In this document: piece after piece, positions 37,271 to 51,679 of the stretch
How positions within the stretch are numbered: the first letter of the stretch is position 1
How the letters are laid out: the number at the start of each line of letters is the position of its first letter
Assembly: GCA_047967505.1 (NCBI GenBank)
Contig: CM106538.1
DNA: 64,000 nt
Origin: Dipteris shenzhenensis
Taxonomy: Eukaryota
Direction: 5' to 3' (one strand)
The notes under the pieces: generated by a model
What the model was told of the DNA's origin: nothing
The model's database searches: none
Seen by the model: the letters and a program-made list of their open reading frames with translations, nothing else
Position numbers and translations under genes: made by a program

Positions 37271-38361
37271 ACCTCTCGTCTTGATCCATTGTTACAAGTT
37301 TTGTGCCTATCATCCTGCTGCGTTTATAGTAAAAAGAGAAAATAAAGTTTTGCAAGGCAATCATGTACTTAATGTTGATGGAGTTATGAGCAACCTCACA
37401 ATACACATTGTTGGCCATCATTCTATCCCAACCATTATCCAAAAATTTTGGAATTGGAACTTCATCATACCCTTTTGCTCTGAAAGTCAACATTGTCTTA
37501 CAAACTTTAACTGGATAATCCTGAAAAAGTTCTACAAAAACTGTAAGTGGCATGAAAACATTGATTTTAACTATCCTGGTAGCAATATTTGGTTTCAGGG
37601 AATGCTGTACTTCCAAAAATAGTTTGGCTCTATAGGATTCTGTGATGTTGCCATCAGAGACTGGCCAATCAACTGTATTCCATGCCAGTAGATCTTGCTT
37701 TTTTAATAAACCGTGTGAGTGAGCATTGTCCATCAATTGATAAAAGTGATCATAAAAAAATATACTTGATTCAGCCAGCATTGTTGATTTTCTACCCCTG
37801 TACTATAGCTCCCTAATAGCACCATGTAAAGCATCAAAGAATCCCAGTATGCACTCCATTGGTTGCCACTCTTTGTATGATGAGGGATATATATATGAAC
37901 TAAAACAAAGAGACTGTTTGTCATGGAAAGAAACATATATTTCATTTTCAAGTATTTCATTACACAAATACACTCACAATTGGATCCATGGTGTGGAAGA
38001 TAAGTAAGATGATCTCGTAATACAATTTCTCGATGCATGTAGACAAGTTGTATCCGAACCTCTCTGACGCAAATTGTGCCTTCCTTTTTTACTCTAAAAT
38101 CTTTCACTCTGCCCTTCCAAGAAGCCAAAAAAGTGTTAATTGCTTTCTCTGCTTGTTGGGTTGCATTAGAACCCAATCTCCTTTTGCCACTACTATCCTT
38201 TTCTAGCTACCATCCACATTCACAGTATTGGAAACTTCTACACATGAGATTAGTGAGGTAGGTCTTCATGGCGGCAAAGAGATACTTTGTACATCCACAT
38301 CTTTGCCAGGTAAAGTGATAGACCGTTTCCTAGTGGCACAACCAAAGTTTTTGGTTGCCAT
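37188..38361 (-). pseudogene. BAH-domain protein with an unassigned C-terminal domain
   Basis: VAKGDWVLM / WKGRVKDF / VRIQLVYMHREI / (intron) YIYPSSYKEWQPMECILG / IFFYDHFY follows the BAH motif order, then a further ~180 open codons. One frameshift and several stops. Confidence 0.55.
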
Positions 38362-39100
38362 CTAAAATCCTCACTCTAATACCTGCGAAGTCAAAGAAAC
38401 ACACACTAAAATAGTAAGACACTAACAAAAATGAACGAAACCGAGAACAAGCGAATAAACGGTGAAAGGAGCTTATTGTCTTGAAATTTCAAGAGCATCA
38501 CAACAATAGTGTTGCAATGAGTAATGCTTATCGAAGAGAGAATGGAATGGCTTGTCATGGTGAAAGTAGAGGAATGTTTGTTGAAGAGAGAATAGTGCTA
38601 GAGAACAAGAAAAAGTGGAGGGTTGTTTTGGGTCACCACGCAGGAAGGTTTCAAAATGGAGCTTTGTTTCGATTTTGGGTCCACATCTCTTGATATGACA
38701 GGCGAACCGTAAAAGAATAAAAAACAACTCTTTTTATTAATGCCACACGCTTGTAACAACATAAAGTACTATTTTCTTTTTCATATTTTTGCCTTTTTTA
38801 TGAAATTTCTACATTACGTTGGCCTTCTCCTCATTGGTTGAGAGACATTTTTTTGAAATCCTAAAAGGCCCCAAAATGAGCTCCCTTTTTTCCTAATGGG
38901 TGTCAAAATTGAAGTGGTTTTCAGTGTTGACAGTCACCTCTTTAAGAAATCTCTCATTTTGCATTCAAATGTTGTTTTTCTTTCTTCTTTTTTGCATTGG
39001 GTAGGTAGATTAGGTAGTTTAGCATCCTCCCATCACAAAAAAACATGAATAGAAACTTCTAAATAATTAAGTTATCAAAAACCAATTGGCAAAACTGTGC

Positions 39101-40245
39101 TTTCCTATCCCCACGGGTCGTCGCTATCTTGCTGGTCAAACTTGCATTCACCTGCTATCCCATCGATCAAGCTTGCATTGACCCATTGCCTTAGCACTAT
39201 CCTGTCCATCAAACTTGCATTGACCCGATAGCTTAGCCATATCCCCATGACCTGACACATGTCAGTACCTAACCTGCTGCCCTAATTAATTACTGTCAGT
39301 CAGCTATCCTGTCAGTCAAACATGTGTTGACCTGATGCCATAAGGCTATCTTGTAGGTCATTGCTTTAGCTCTATCCCATTGGCTATTGCTTTAACTCTA
39401 TCCTGCGGACTTGCTATCCCCACGGGTTGTCGCCATAGCGCTATCCTCGGAGACGTTACCATAGCTATATTCCACTAGTCAAATAAGAGTTGACTTTTTG
39501 CTTTAGCTCTATCCCGTTGGTCGTTTCTTTAACTCTATTCCACCAACTTGCTATCCCCATGGGTCATTGCCATAGCCCTATCCCCACGAGTCATCACCAT
39601 AGCTCTATCCCACTGGTCAAACAAGCATTGACTCGTTGCTTTAGCTCTATCCCATCGACCATTGCTTTAACTCTATCCCATCGACTTGCTATTCCCATGG
39701 GTTGTCACAATAGCCCTATCTCCATGAGTCATTGCCATAGCTCTATCCTATTGGCCAAACAAGCATTGACTTGTTGCTTTAGCTCTATCCCACTAGGTGT
39801 TGCTTTAACTTTATCTCGCCAACTTGCTATCCCCATGGGTCGTCACCATAGCCCTATCCCCATGAGTCGTCATCGCCATAGCTCTATCCCATTTGTCAAA
39901 CATGCATTGACTCATTGCTTTAGCTCCATCCCATCGGCCATTGCTTTATCCTATCGATTTGCTATCCCCATGGGTCATCGCCATAGCCCTATCCCCACGA
40001 GTCATCGCCATAGCTCTATCTCGTCGATCAAATAGGTGTTGACTTGTTGCTTTAGCTCTATCCCATTGGTCGTTGCCTTAGCTCTATCCCATCAGTCAAA
40101 TAGGCATTGACTCGTTGCTTTAACTGTATCCCGTCGCCGTGGCCTTAACTCTATCCTGCTGACTTGCTATCCCCACGCGTTGTCAGCATAGTTCTATCCC
40201 CATGGGTCGTCACCATAGCCCTATCCCCATGGCCATAGGGATAGC
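39101..40245. repeat. Hierarchical tandem array (~138-bp units built from ~20-24-bp CTATCC subrepeats) in the Gypsy leader
   Basis: Unit starts near 39464, 39602, 39740, 39881 and 40013; more degenerate copies at both ends. Confidence 0.9.
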
Positions 40246-40374
40246 TTTGGAAACACAAAAATCAAGAAAAAGCACATGAAAATTAGGACCTCGAGCACAC
40301 AAGGGACTACTGCCCCTCTTTGCGTCGAGGCCGACTCAACCTAGAATTAGGGCCTCAACTGTGCCAATGAACAC

Positions 40375-43300
40375 ATGAGCTTAAGATTAGGAAGAGTCCT
40401 ACAAGCTCATCTTGAGCCTAAAGATAGTGCCTCAAATACCATCTTGTCGAACTCCATACTTAGCTTGGCATCCTTAGGGTCAATAAGCTCAAAAGTCAGT
40501 TCTCACTCATTGCAAGAACCACCACCACATGAATTATCCAGCTCTCTGAAGAGTCCTTGAGTCAGGACAGAGACATGGGTGAATCCTCTAATGTTAGAGC
40601 CTTCGTGGCTCTGAACTCCATTCCCATTGATCTCCACTCCCCTACCCTATCTACAGTAGCAGCTACATTAAGGGAAATCTTTTCCAATATCATGGGAAGG
40701 TTTGGATTGATAGACCCAGTAAAGTGGCTAAACCCATTTGCTGGATAGGCTAGGGCAATGTCAGAGGCTCAAGACAATCCTATGGGGACGGATTTGGACC
40801 CACAATCTCACAAGGGCCCCAAATGCTAGAGCAAAGGGGGCAGAGAAGTAACCTTGAAGGTCCATAGTTAAGACCCTCCACCTCAAAATCCCCTATGATG
40901 CCTCCTTGGCAACAAAACATGGGAGATATTCCCTACCCAACAAGTGCCCCTTATAGGCCTATGCATGCAGGGAACATACAACTCCCTAGAGGACCTCTAG
41001 ACCAACTTGTTAAGCCCAACCCGACCCAAGTCACAATGCAAATCCTTAGTGGGCCTGGATCCTTGCATCTGAACCTCGTGCCATCTAATCCATGCAACCC
41101 TTCATCAGGACCACCAATGTACGGGACAGGGCCCACCATTCCACAACCTCCTCTTATATCACAAACAGTCCTTATGGATGAAGCTATGAGAATACTAGTG
41201 CAAGTGCTAGGAAGGGGGGCCATCGCTCCACCACCAGTGGTTCTAGGAAGGGATACCAAACCCTCAAGGAGAAAGCCTATCATAATCTCCAAGCTAAGCT
41301 AATTATCACCAAGTTTGTAGGAGAAGGAGACCCAGTCTCCCATGTTGAGAGGTTTGAACAAATCTATCCCCTTTGGTGATATTGGGGATCTAGATAAGGT
41401 CAATGCTTTTATCTTGAGTCTTGATGGCAAGGCTGGACAGTGGTTTAGAGCCTTAAACCCTGAGGAGAAAATAAATTGGGAAACATTGTGTAAATCCTTC
41501 ATTGTGAGGTTTGCCTCAAGTAGTCCCAAGTGGAGCCCGCTTAACCAAGTTTATGAGGTGAAGCAGAAGGACACCGAGTCCTTAAGAGACTACATCACTA
41601 GGTTTAAAGATCTTAACTCACGATGTGAACCCCATGAGAGGATGATTGACGTGCAGCTTCTACCATGCTTCCTCATAGGGCTACAAGATGCAAAGTTGCA
41701 TGATCATCTGTTTGCTATGAATCTCACATCATCTATGCAGTAAGATGGCAATATGCCTAGGGGATAACATGAGGGAGAAACCCCAAAAGGATATATCCTT
41801 AAGTCCCTCTAATATGTCTCAAATAGCATAGGATTCAACCTCAGAAGCAACTAAGGAAGCAAGCATGACGCCCAAGGTGCTCGACATGGAAAAGTTGGCC
41901 ACAGATCTATTAATCAAGTTGAGCCAACAATGGAAGATAGAAGCACCAAAAGATGCTCGTAGCAACCCCCATCTATTTCCACAAAGAGAGAACATATGGT
42001 GTGGGGTATGCACTGGAAATCATCCCACTAAGGAATTCCCTTATCTTTGGGGAAATCATGACACATCCCAATGTCATTGTCCTAGGGTGATTCCTGAACC
42101 TATTTATCAACAAAGGCCTCATCTACCATTGCCTGCACTGCTCAATCCATCCAATACAAGGAGCCACATCAGCCAATCAAGGGCAATTTAGGGCTCAAAA
42201 TATTCCATTACCCCCGCCAGTACTAGGACCTCAACCACAACCTCCACAAAATACTCCCCTGAATCAAGTTTTGGTGGAAGAGCTACCTAATGATTAGGGA
42301 GACCCCAAATCTACCTTCAATGGACCCCAAAATAGGGATAATGCAAACTGGTCCAACATTATAAGTCACTACATCATACAAGATGACCAATACATTCCGG
42401 TCTTCCAAACGGCGCCAATTTCTCAAACAATGGGAGATAGGAACGACTTGACCAAGGCACAACCCATTCAATGCCATATGTGTCAAGGGCCACACCTTGC
42501 CAATGAGTGTCCATATAAGGGGCAATCTAAGTAGCCAATCACATGTGCACCAATGTCTAATACACCACCACCATTGTGCACTGGGTGTGGTGTGGACCAT
42601 CTTTTTAAGGATTGCTCGATGAGAAGGCCATCTAAGTCCACAAGCCTTAACTTGGTAAGCATTGAGAGAGGCCAAGTGTCATCAATATCCTTAAATGTAA
42701 TGATGAGGTTTGCAAGCTAAATCCCTTAATAAAGAGTTTTGCAAACAAGTCAGAAGGGATAAAGATAGCATGTCATAGCCTAGAGAGGAAGCTGAATCAG
42801 CACGAGTAAGCACCAAGGGTGCAACAAAGATTGGGAAGGGAAAAAATAAGGTCATCATCCAAGATGGGTCGGATGAAGATACAGCCTCCCTAGCAACATC
42901 ATCTTCCTATGGTGATTCTCTCTCAAACGGTACCAGCAACAACCACCCGGATGAGGCAAATGAGGCAACGATAAGGGCTTCAACCCATGGCCAAGCCACA
43001 ACACCTAAGGGTCATGGTGAATATCCCAACCCATGGGTGGGGAAATAAGGTCTCATCAAGGCTCATAAATTGGTACGAAAGGGCCACGAGGAATGTGAGT
43101 AGAGGCTCAAGGCAAGCAAGAGTGCTGATACAATTCATCCAAGACATGAGATAAACGTTCGAGCATCAAAATCCTTGGAAATACCTGAAAGGGTAGAAGA
43201 AGAAGGTATGTTTGCCCTTCAACAACAGGGGGATCCAACCTAATGCAACGGATGCTTGAAGAAGACCCCGCCTTGCAAAAACTAAAGGAGGATGACAACA

Positions 43301-45470
43301 TGTCCTTATATGGCTTAGAAGAGTCGAAATTAATAGGCACGAAATCTATCACTGGTCCCCAAGACATCATCATAGGATCAGCTTCATTCCTATCCACTGA
43401 GATCAAGGTACCCATCGCGACACTATTACAGGGTAATTCTACTCTATGGGGATACCTCTCGGATTGAATGAATGGGCAGATAGTGACACCCCAATCCACA
43501 AATCCTAAGAATGTTGAATCTCCCAATCAAGCTCAGGACCTTCCAAGGGTTCCAGTAAAAAAATTGGGCCAATATTTTGTGAGTGATGACACGAATGCAG
43601 TAATACCCATCTCCTTCCGTGATCAGAAAGCTATGGCAATCTTAGACGGAGGAGTAGGTGTTAGCATCATCACAAAACAATGCTAGGAAAAAGTGGGGAA
43701 GTCTTGACCAAGAGAGTACTTCCTTGGTAGTTAAATTAGCTGATGGAGGCACGGCTCATCCCATAGGAGTACTCAAGGGCATTAACATCAAAACCTTTGG
43801 TCTCACATATCGGGTGTGCCTTGTTGTAATGGATTTCCAAAACAACCTTGGGTATGAGGCTATTCTAGGGAGACCTTTCTTGTGTATGGCAGGATTGATC
43901 CATGATTGGCGCTCCAACAATATTTATCTAAGGAAAGCTCAGAAACTCATCAAGGTTGATCTCCAAACATGGAAGGCTCACACTAGGTTCGAAAATCTAT
44001 TAGTAGTTGAATCCCATAAATCTATTAGCAGCTGAATCGGATACTACCGATAGGTCTGTGCCGATAAAGCTGGATAAAAAATATGAGAAATAGGACAATG
44101 AGAACAGTCTTGGTAAACCTTGGTATGCTCCTTTACTAAAACTAGATGACTCACTTGATTGGATGCATACATTGGCGGTAATAGATCTACCAACTGCTGA
44201 GGGCACTCAGACCCATGCACCTTGATGATGAACAATTTAACTCCATTACACCTTTTTACACCATAAGAGTAGTACTACCTAATCAAATTGAATTAGGAAT
44301 TGACAATGCCCTTGATCATAATGAGATAGATATGACTCTATCTCAACTTTGGGTAGAGCTAACATCAGCAGGTGCAACATGCTAAATATAAGCCATGGTA
44401 GATTGGCGAGCAAGAAAAAGCCTCATCTCCCTATAGCATCTCAGTCAAGTATGCCTTCAAGTATGTGATTATGAAATTCAATCCATAGAGGGTACCTCTG
44501 TTAAGGTTGTTGGTTCTTTAATGTTGAAATGTTTCCTTGGACAATTACATTGTGACTTGGAAGTTCTTTTTAGCTCCTGCAAGTACCTTAACGGAAGCCT
44601 CCCATTCTTGGTGAAAGCTGGATCCAAGACACTTATAAAGGGTTATTTGGTGATTAATCATCCCATCAAGATGCACCAATCACTAGTCAAGGAATCAGCA
44701 ACTACTTCCACCTCCCCACCTTGACAAGGATACCACTAAGGAAGAAGACAAGAACAAAAGGCAACCAAGCAAATATGGGTTCGAAAGGATCTATTGAAGG
44801 CTCGAGGATACTTTGAGGGTGAACCATATTTTTGGACTCCCAACATATCAAGCCACCCCCTACTCTAAACATCAAGCTCACCATTGCCATCCACCCCCAC
44901 ATGTAAACAAAAAACCTCAATGTCAAAGAAGAAAATGACACCATCCAACAAGGAAGGTACATTACCAATGGGTTCCCACAAGACTACTTGAGGCCTAGGG
45001 ATATTACCTTGGTAGCTCTTATATATGGCTACCCAAACCACGCTTCGACAATCAAGAGCCCATGCATGCTTGCCCTAAGCCTAAATGTACACCATCTCCA
45101 TTGCAAAAGTAGGAGCGGAGCTCCAAATCTAGTGATACAAAAGCATCAACGAGTGCAGATGCACTAGTAATAGTCACACAAGAAACTACTTTGCACAAAT
45201 GCCAAGAACAACAAGAATCTGCTTGCCGTGGACGAGGGAAAAACACCAATGTAGCAGAATGATATACAAAGGAATTCATCTACCTCCTCTTGAGTGGTTA
45301 CACAAGAAGTTGTCTCAAAAAGGGAGATAATAACACAAGAACCTGCTTGATTGCAAGTCTCTCGAAAGGCATGTCACTTTATTGCATCGTCTTCAAGGCG
45401 AATGGCAGTAAAACAAGAACCTATCTTGAAAAAAGAGACAGTAACACAAGAACCTACCAAGACAAGAGGT
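40375..45470 (+). pseudogene. Ty3/Gypsy gag-protease polyprotein with no RT/RH/IN
   Basis: SLDGKAGQWF...WETLCKSF...KQKDTESLRDYITRF (gag), three CxxCxxxHxxxxC-like knuckles, AILDGG...VKLADG...ILGRPFL (aspartic protease); no RT motifs seen downstream. Confidence 0.85.
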
Positions 45471-47679
45471 GAATCGACGCTGGGAGCCACATAAGAACCT
45501 TCCTTACTGAGAAATTTAGTATCTATCATTAGGGTAGCTATGCAAGAATCGGCCACACAAGTAATTCCCAACACAATGGAAGTTCCACAAGAACATTTCA
45601 ATGTGAATAACTAATTAACTTCATCCTTGACAACTTTCTCAGCTGAAAGTTGGGCTCAACAAAAGCAAAAAATCTCTGAGACATGCTTATAGACATTGGA
45701 AAAATATTCAAGTCAGATGGATACCTATGAATTGTGATGTAGTGGACACCACAGGGGTATAGATATGTATGCCAAATGCTGAAATCAAATGCCTTAAGGA
45801 CATAGACAATTGGAGCTTGAAGCACATTTGAGAATACATTGCTATCACCTTTGATAATAATGACTTTTTCTTCACACTGAATGGTAAGATAGTAAGGAGG
45901 TGACTTGAAGCGACATCAACGCACAACATCAAATGGAAGTCTCCTTGTATCTTGGCCATTCATACTAGTATCGAATAAATTTAAAAGTTTTTGAATTGTC
46001 ATGTGATTTATGAAAGGGTGCAATGGTCTAAACTTAATAAATTTAGTAGTTTTGAAGTTCACAAGCAATGAGTCTATATTAGTTTGTTTAGTATTTTAAA
46101 GATTAATTGTTAACGAATTTAGTAGTTTTGAAGTTGAAAAGAAATTAATCTATATTATATTTTGAATCTTTAAAATGTTGATTGCTAATAAATTTAGTAG
46201 TTTTAAAATTCACAAGCAATGAGTCTATATTATTTTTTTAAATCTGTTAAAATGTTGATTTTTTGGGAAAAAGTGTCATGGTAAATTATTCTCATGCTTA
46301 CAGTATGTAATCGTGGCAATAGATTTGGATATTGGTTCCTAGGTTCAATAAAAATGAGCCAATATAATTTAGTGCCCAATATTTTATCCCTAAATTGCTA
46401 CCTTTAACTTTTAAAGAGTTTAGAGTCAGCTGTATAAAGACCCTAGGGCTAAAAACAGCCTTTATTATGCTCATCTTCTACACTCAATCTCTTCACCCTT
46501 AACTCACCAGCATCTACAGACCTCCAATGGCCACACCTCGTGATGCATATCGCCAATTCATGGCTTCTACTCATTATTTGAGTAGAGAGGCCTAGGGGGC
46601 CACTATGTAAAAACCCCATATAGTACATGCGATCAAGGGGTATTAAAAGAAACCCCTACCTATGGATTTTTATAAACTATATACACCCCTTTTGTAAATT
46701 TTGAGATGGTTAAAGTATCCCTCAGTGTGTATGAAAATTTTCACTTTTTGAATTAAAAAACCCCTTATGTATGTATATTTTCTGTAACTCCATAAAAATA
46801 TCAAACGTGCTATCCCCTCGGTAGAGAGGCAAACTTTACCATTCTTGGATCTACATACATTTCGATGGGGTTGAGAGAATTTTGGTTGTCCTGAATTCAC
46901 CATTTGTGGTAATTTCCTATCAGCGTTGAGTCGTCGAATCCTACTCCTATTTTGGGTCAAAGACTACCCTTGTCTTTGTGCTCCTTTGTTGGAGGAGAGT
47001 CCACCTTCAAGCTTTTGTGCTTTGCATGTAGCCAGGTTGTCACCTTCAGCCAGGTCTTGTGGGTTCGTGCCTACTTCTGCATCTGCATTTGTTGGTTGCA
47101 GGTGGCCATTTTCATCATATTTGATGTTTACGTGTTCTTGCCCTGTTCTTCTCCTATTCGAGGCTAGAGTTCACCTACTTTTGGGTCTTCTTGCCCATTC
47201 TCTCCTCTGTGCTGCCTTCTTTCCCCTTCACAACAACACAAAGCAACTATAGACGCGCTTGGTAGACGTGCAAAATAGCGGGCGCGTCTATAGGCGTTGC
47301 TTTAGTAGAGAAATTACGGGCGCGTCTAAATGCACGGCTAAACGCTTGTCTATTTACGTGTAAATCACCGCGTCTATTTGCGCGTTTGACCTGAGAAAAT
47401 ACGGGCCCGTCTAACAACCCCTTTATTGGCACGTCTATTTGCGCGTGTATTTGCGCGTTTGCGTGTTTACACTGAGACTCAGACGCACATTTAGACGCGT
47501 AAATAGATGCGCTCCAGAGAATACAGAAAGTGAGATTTTGGTGTACATCATTGCTTTCCAAACATTGCCCATGATTACCAAAGCACATAATTTTTTGCAA
47601 GCCCACATATACAAGAATTAAGTGAAATGAGGAGAATGAGACAATATGTAAAATAGTTTTGCCAATATCAATTGTGGGG

Positions 47680-50600
47680 CTACGGTTCAATCTCATCCTC
47701 AATGAGATCAACCCTTGCCAAACTATCTACTTCAAAATCCAAACAAGTGTTTAGATCTACAAATACATTCAACCCACTACTACTTGTGCCACTCATGTGC
47801 TCATCGAAATCAGCATCTCCAATGGTAGGCTTGTCCTCATGGGTAATGCCGGCCTCAATATCTATATCTCCTATCTCATGATCATCCTCCTCTCTTGTAT
47901 CACGGTCATCATCACGTCCATGGCCATGATCATCCTCCATACGCTCCATATTAGTAAATGTACTATACATCACTTTGGAATGTGGCATAATAGGTATGAC
48001 ATGCCACCATCTATTATTATCCACCATTGGTTGATAGACAACCTAATTCAAACACAAATACAATCATGTTACTTTTCTTGCATCAAATATTTAAAAGCGA
48101 GTATTTTTATGTGTGTGCACAGTACCTGTTCACATTGTTGCGGTAGTACTAGTGTGTCCTTCCTACTTTGCTAAAACTTTGTGGAGTCAATAGTTACAAA
48201 GCCACACTTGCATGGCATTTGATTGTTGCATTAGGGCCTCTTTCCACCACGTCCTTAAACCACTTTACATCCAAAACATACACAAAGAAGCATCGAAAGT
48301 CAAGCATAATGATATCTTGGATTATGCCACAATAATCATCCATGGCTCCATTGTCTCCCTCAAAGCTAGCAATGACGCCACAATCTTGTGTGTTTCTCTT
48401 ATCATCAATCTGTTGTGTTCGAAAATGCTTGCCCTCACACCATATAGCATTGAACATAGTGCACTACACCAAGAAAAAATCAATTAAATAAGCAATCTAA
48501 ATTATAAAAAGCTCCTAACTTATGCATAACATTCTATATACCGACCTTGCTCATGCATCCCCTAGCATACTCCCATTCTTCCATTGTGATATGCATCCCC
48601 TCGTCTTTCTCTGCTTTCTCCATTTCATCAAGTAGCCAATCCACATGAATATCCTTTGGAAGTGCTCTTAGATGCTGAGGGTATGGCACACAAGATCCGT
48701 GGTGTGTACGAAAGAGGGCCCTTTCTTCTTGTCTTCTTGCCTTTGCATCCTCGTATCTTGTCACCCATCTTTTCATCACATCACTATAAAGCACGCAAAA
48801 GAGGTTGATACTATTATGCAACTCTGTGTCTATTATTTTGTTGCATCCTTTTTCCTTGAGGCACAATAGAGGTCATCCTTAGGTCTTCATCATCTCTCCA
48901 TAGTCGTGGGAGAGAGCTATCCACATCAACAAGAAACTCAGAAATATATACAAGTGACTCTTGTACCAACCAACCCTCGGCCATGCTACCTTCGGGTCTT
49001 GCGTTTTGTCTCACGAAGCCCTTCAAGGTCTTCATGAAGTGCTCGAGGAAGAACAACCATCGTGCATGTATAGTACCGCATATAGCAATCTCATCCACCA
49101 AATGTACTATGAGATGTAGTTGGCTTGTGAGAATAGAACGTGGAAATGTCTCCTCCACTAAACAAACCGCCTCCACTGACATAACTCGAGCATTCTCAAG
49201 CGTGGTGGGATCTATTTCCTTTGAGCTCACATACCTCACAAGCTCGCCCATCTTGTAAATACAATCTTTCACGTCCTTCGATGCACTACGTGAAATGCTA
49301 GTAGGTAGTATGAACTGAACCCGCGAGGAGGTGGTTGATTAGTTGCTTATAGCTATTCACTCACAAATTTGAAAGGAAAAAGATATTATGCATATAAAAT
49401 ACTTACTTGGAGCATCTTGTGCCAATCATGAGATTTCAAGCCATATAATTGCTCTACACCTCTTTTCTTGCTCTTTGTAAAGGCTCCCTTCAAACACCTC
49501 ATGCATCCAGTGGGAGTACGAATTGTAGTAATAGCGCGCTTCACCGTCGCCATCTCTAGCTTTGATAACATCCACAGTGCACGAGGTAAAAAAACACGCC
49601 CATTTGGTCTCTCTTGAGGCCAAGCTTCACGCATCCTCCCTGTGGTACGTAGATCCTCCCTTATGCCTGCCAAATCTCGTGTCCCATTCAAATGCTCCCA
49701 AATGGTAGATGCCACATTCTTGAAGATATGCATGGGATCGAGCAGGTGATTGATCTTGAGGTGGGACCAATATGGTAAACGATAAAAGATGGAGTATCTA
49801 AACAAAATAAAGTGTTAGCGTGGAATCTTTACTTTCAACCAATATAGCCAATCTTTACTTCCAGCCAATAGTTACAAACCCTTACCAGCTCATGCCAAGT
49901 GGTGGAGGAGTCGTGGAACCGTCCCAAATTCTCATCCAATCTCCCGCGGTGAGTGATTGTGGGAGGACTTCATTCCAAGGGGCAACATATCTAGGATGAT
50001 CAGGTGGGAGAAATCGATGGTGATTCTCATAGATGACCTTATTCAATGCGTCTGCCCGTGAGGCAACTAGCGAAGGACCACAAACAGGACATGCATGGTA
50101 ACCCGATGTAGTGAGACCTGAACAATAGATGCAATTAAGAGTGGAAGGTGGGTTTAGGGTGCCACGTCCTTTGCCTATTCATAATTAAAAAATGCAATGC
50201 TTACCTGAACACTCGCCATAGCCTGGGAAGTCATGCATCATCCACATCAAGACTGCTTTTTGCAGTTGAAGTCTCGTGACAAGGGAGGCCTGCTCACATC
50301 ATGCACCTCGATACCTCTCCAAAGTATCTCTAGCTCATCAATCAAAGGCTCCAAATAAACATCAGGGTTTTTGACTTTATGTTTCCCTAGAATTAGAAGG
50401 GACAGCATGACATGTCCTTTCTTAATAGCCATAGAGGGTGGAAGATTGTAATTCACCAATACCACTGGCCATACACTGTAAGACGTGCTTTTGAGACCAA
50501 ATGGGTTCACACCGTCCATACCCAATCCAAGTCTCAAGCTCCTAGGTTCTTCCTTGAAGCTTGGCCATGTGTCTTCAATATGCTTCCACACAGGAGAGTC

Positions 50601-51679
50601 CGCGGAGGAGAGTCCGCGGGAGTTCTCCACTTGCCATCGGTTGATCGATGGGAGGAATGCCATGACATGAGCTCTGCAATAGATTTGCACTTGAACATAT
50701 ATTGGATGCGAGGGATTATGGGAAAATGTCGCAATACCTTACGAGGCACGTCCAAGGTTTTGAGATCTGCTCTATATCTTGCCTCTCCACAAGTAGGACA
50801 CTCTCTTGCATCCTTATGTAGTCCACGAAACAAAACGCAATCATTGACGCATGCATGGATGCGCTTGTAATCTAATCCTCCAAGAGAGGTCACATGTTGC
50901 CTTGCCATATCTCTTGAGGTCGGTAATTTATTCTCCCTTGGAAGCATTTTACACAATAGCCTACATGTGAAGACCATAAATGAGGAAAAGCATTCGAGTA
51001 ATTGACCCACGTGCATAATTCACCATGTTTGCAAAATCGACTTTAAAGCTTACTTGAGTAATGCATTCAAACTTGCATTGCTCCATCCATAGATGGTTTG
51101 CAAGTTTAGTAACTCAAGGGAGGCACGTAGAACAGAGAATGTGCACCGCTCAAACAATGGAGTCGATGCTGCGGTAAAAAGATCATCCTGCTCCATGTTA
51201 TTATCCCTCCCTTGATGGACATATAAATCCCGCACCATATCATCAAACACCTCCTCCTCCATGGCTTCATGAGGTAATGGCGGAGGGCTACTATCACCAT
51301 CACTCCATGCATCTGTAACGGTCCCTCCTGAAGATCCCACGTCATATCACCGATGCTTCGCCTCCTCACGACGGGGATAGGGTAACATGTGCGGGTGTGG
51401 CACTGCATCCTGTATCAAATTAAAACGGGATCATAACTCAAACATATGAACACCCATAGGTATCTCAATCAACCTTAACTTACAAAGCCTTACCCTGTTT
51501 ACGGTCACATCCCATTCTCCATACTTTGAGATATGATTGAGCGTAATCCTGCATGCACGATACATGTTTCCTCGACATCGATCACACACACATTTGATTT
51601 TTTGCTCCAACCACATTTCGTGATGGTGGATACGGAGGGATTCATCCTCATTGGAGCTACTTGTTGAAGATGGAGACAT
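47680..51679 (-). pseudogene. CACTA transposase (TnpD/Tnp2-like), multi-exon
   Basis: CVCDRC, IHACVNDCVLF..CPTCGEARY, LGMDGVNPF..YSVWPV..YNLPP, YLEPLIDEL, LDPMHIFKN, LKSHDWH, HLIVHL..E..MKTLK..RPEGSMAEG and TQDCGV..YCGII; GT-AG introns; a few frameshifts. Confidence 0.95.
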
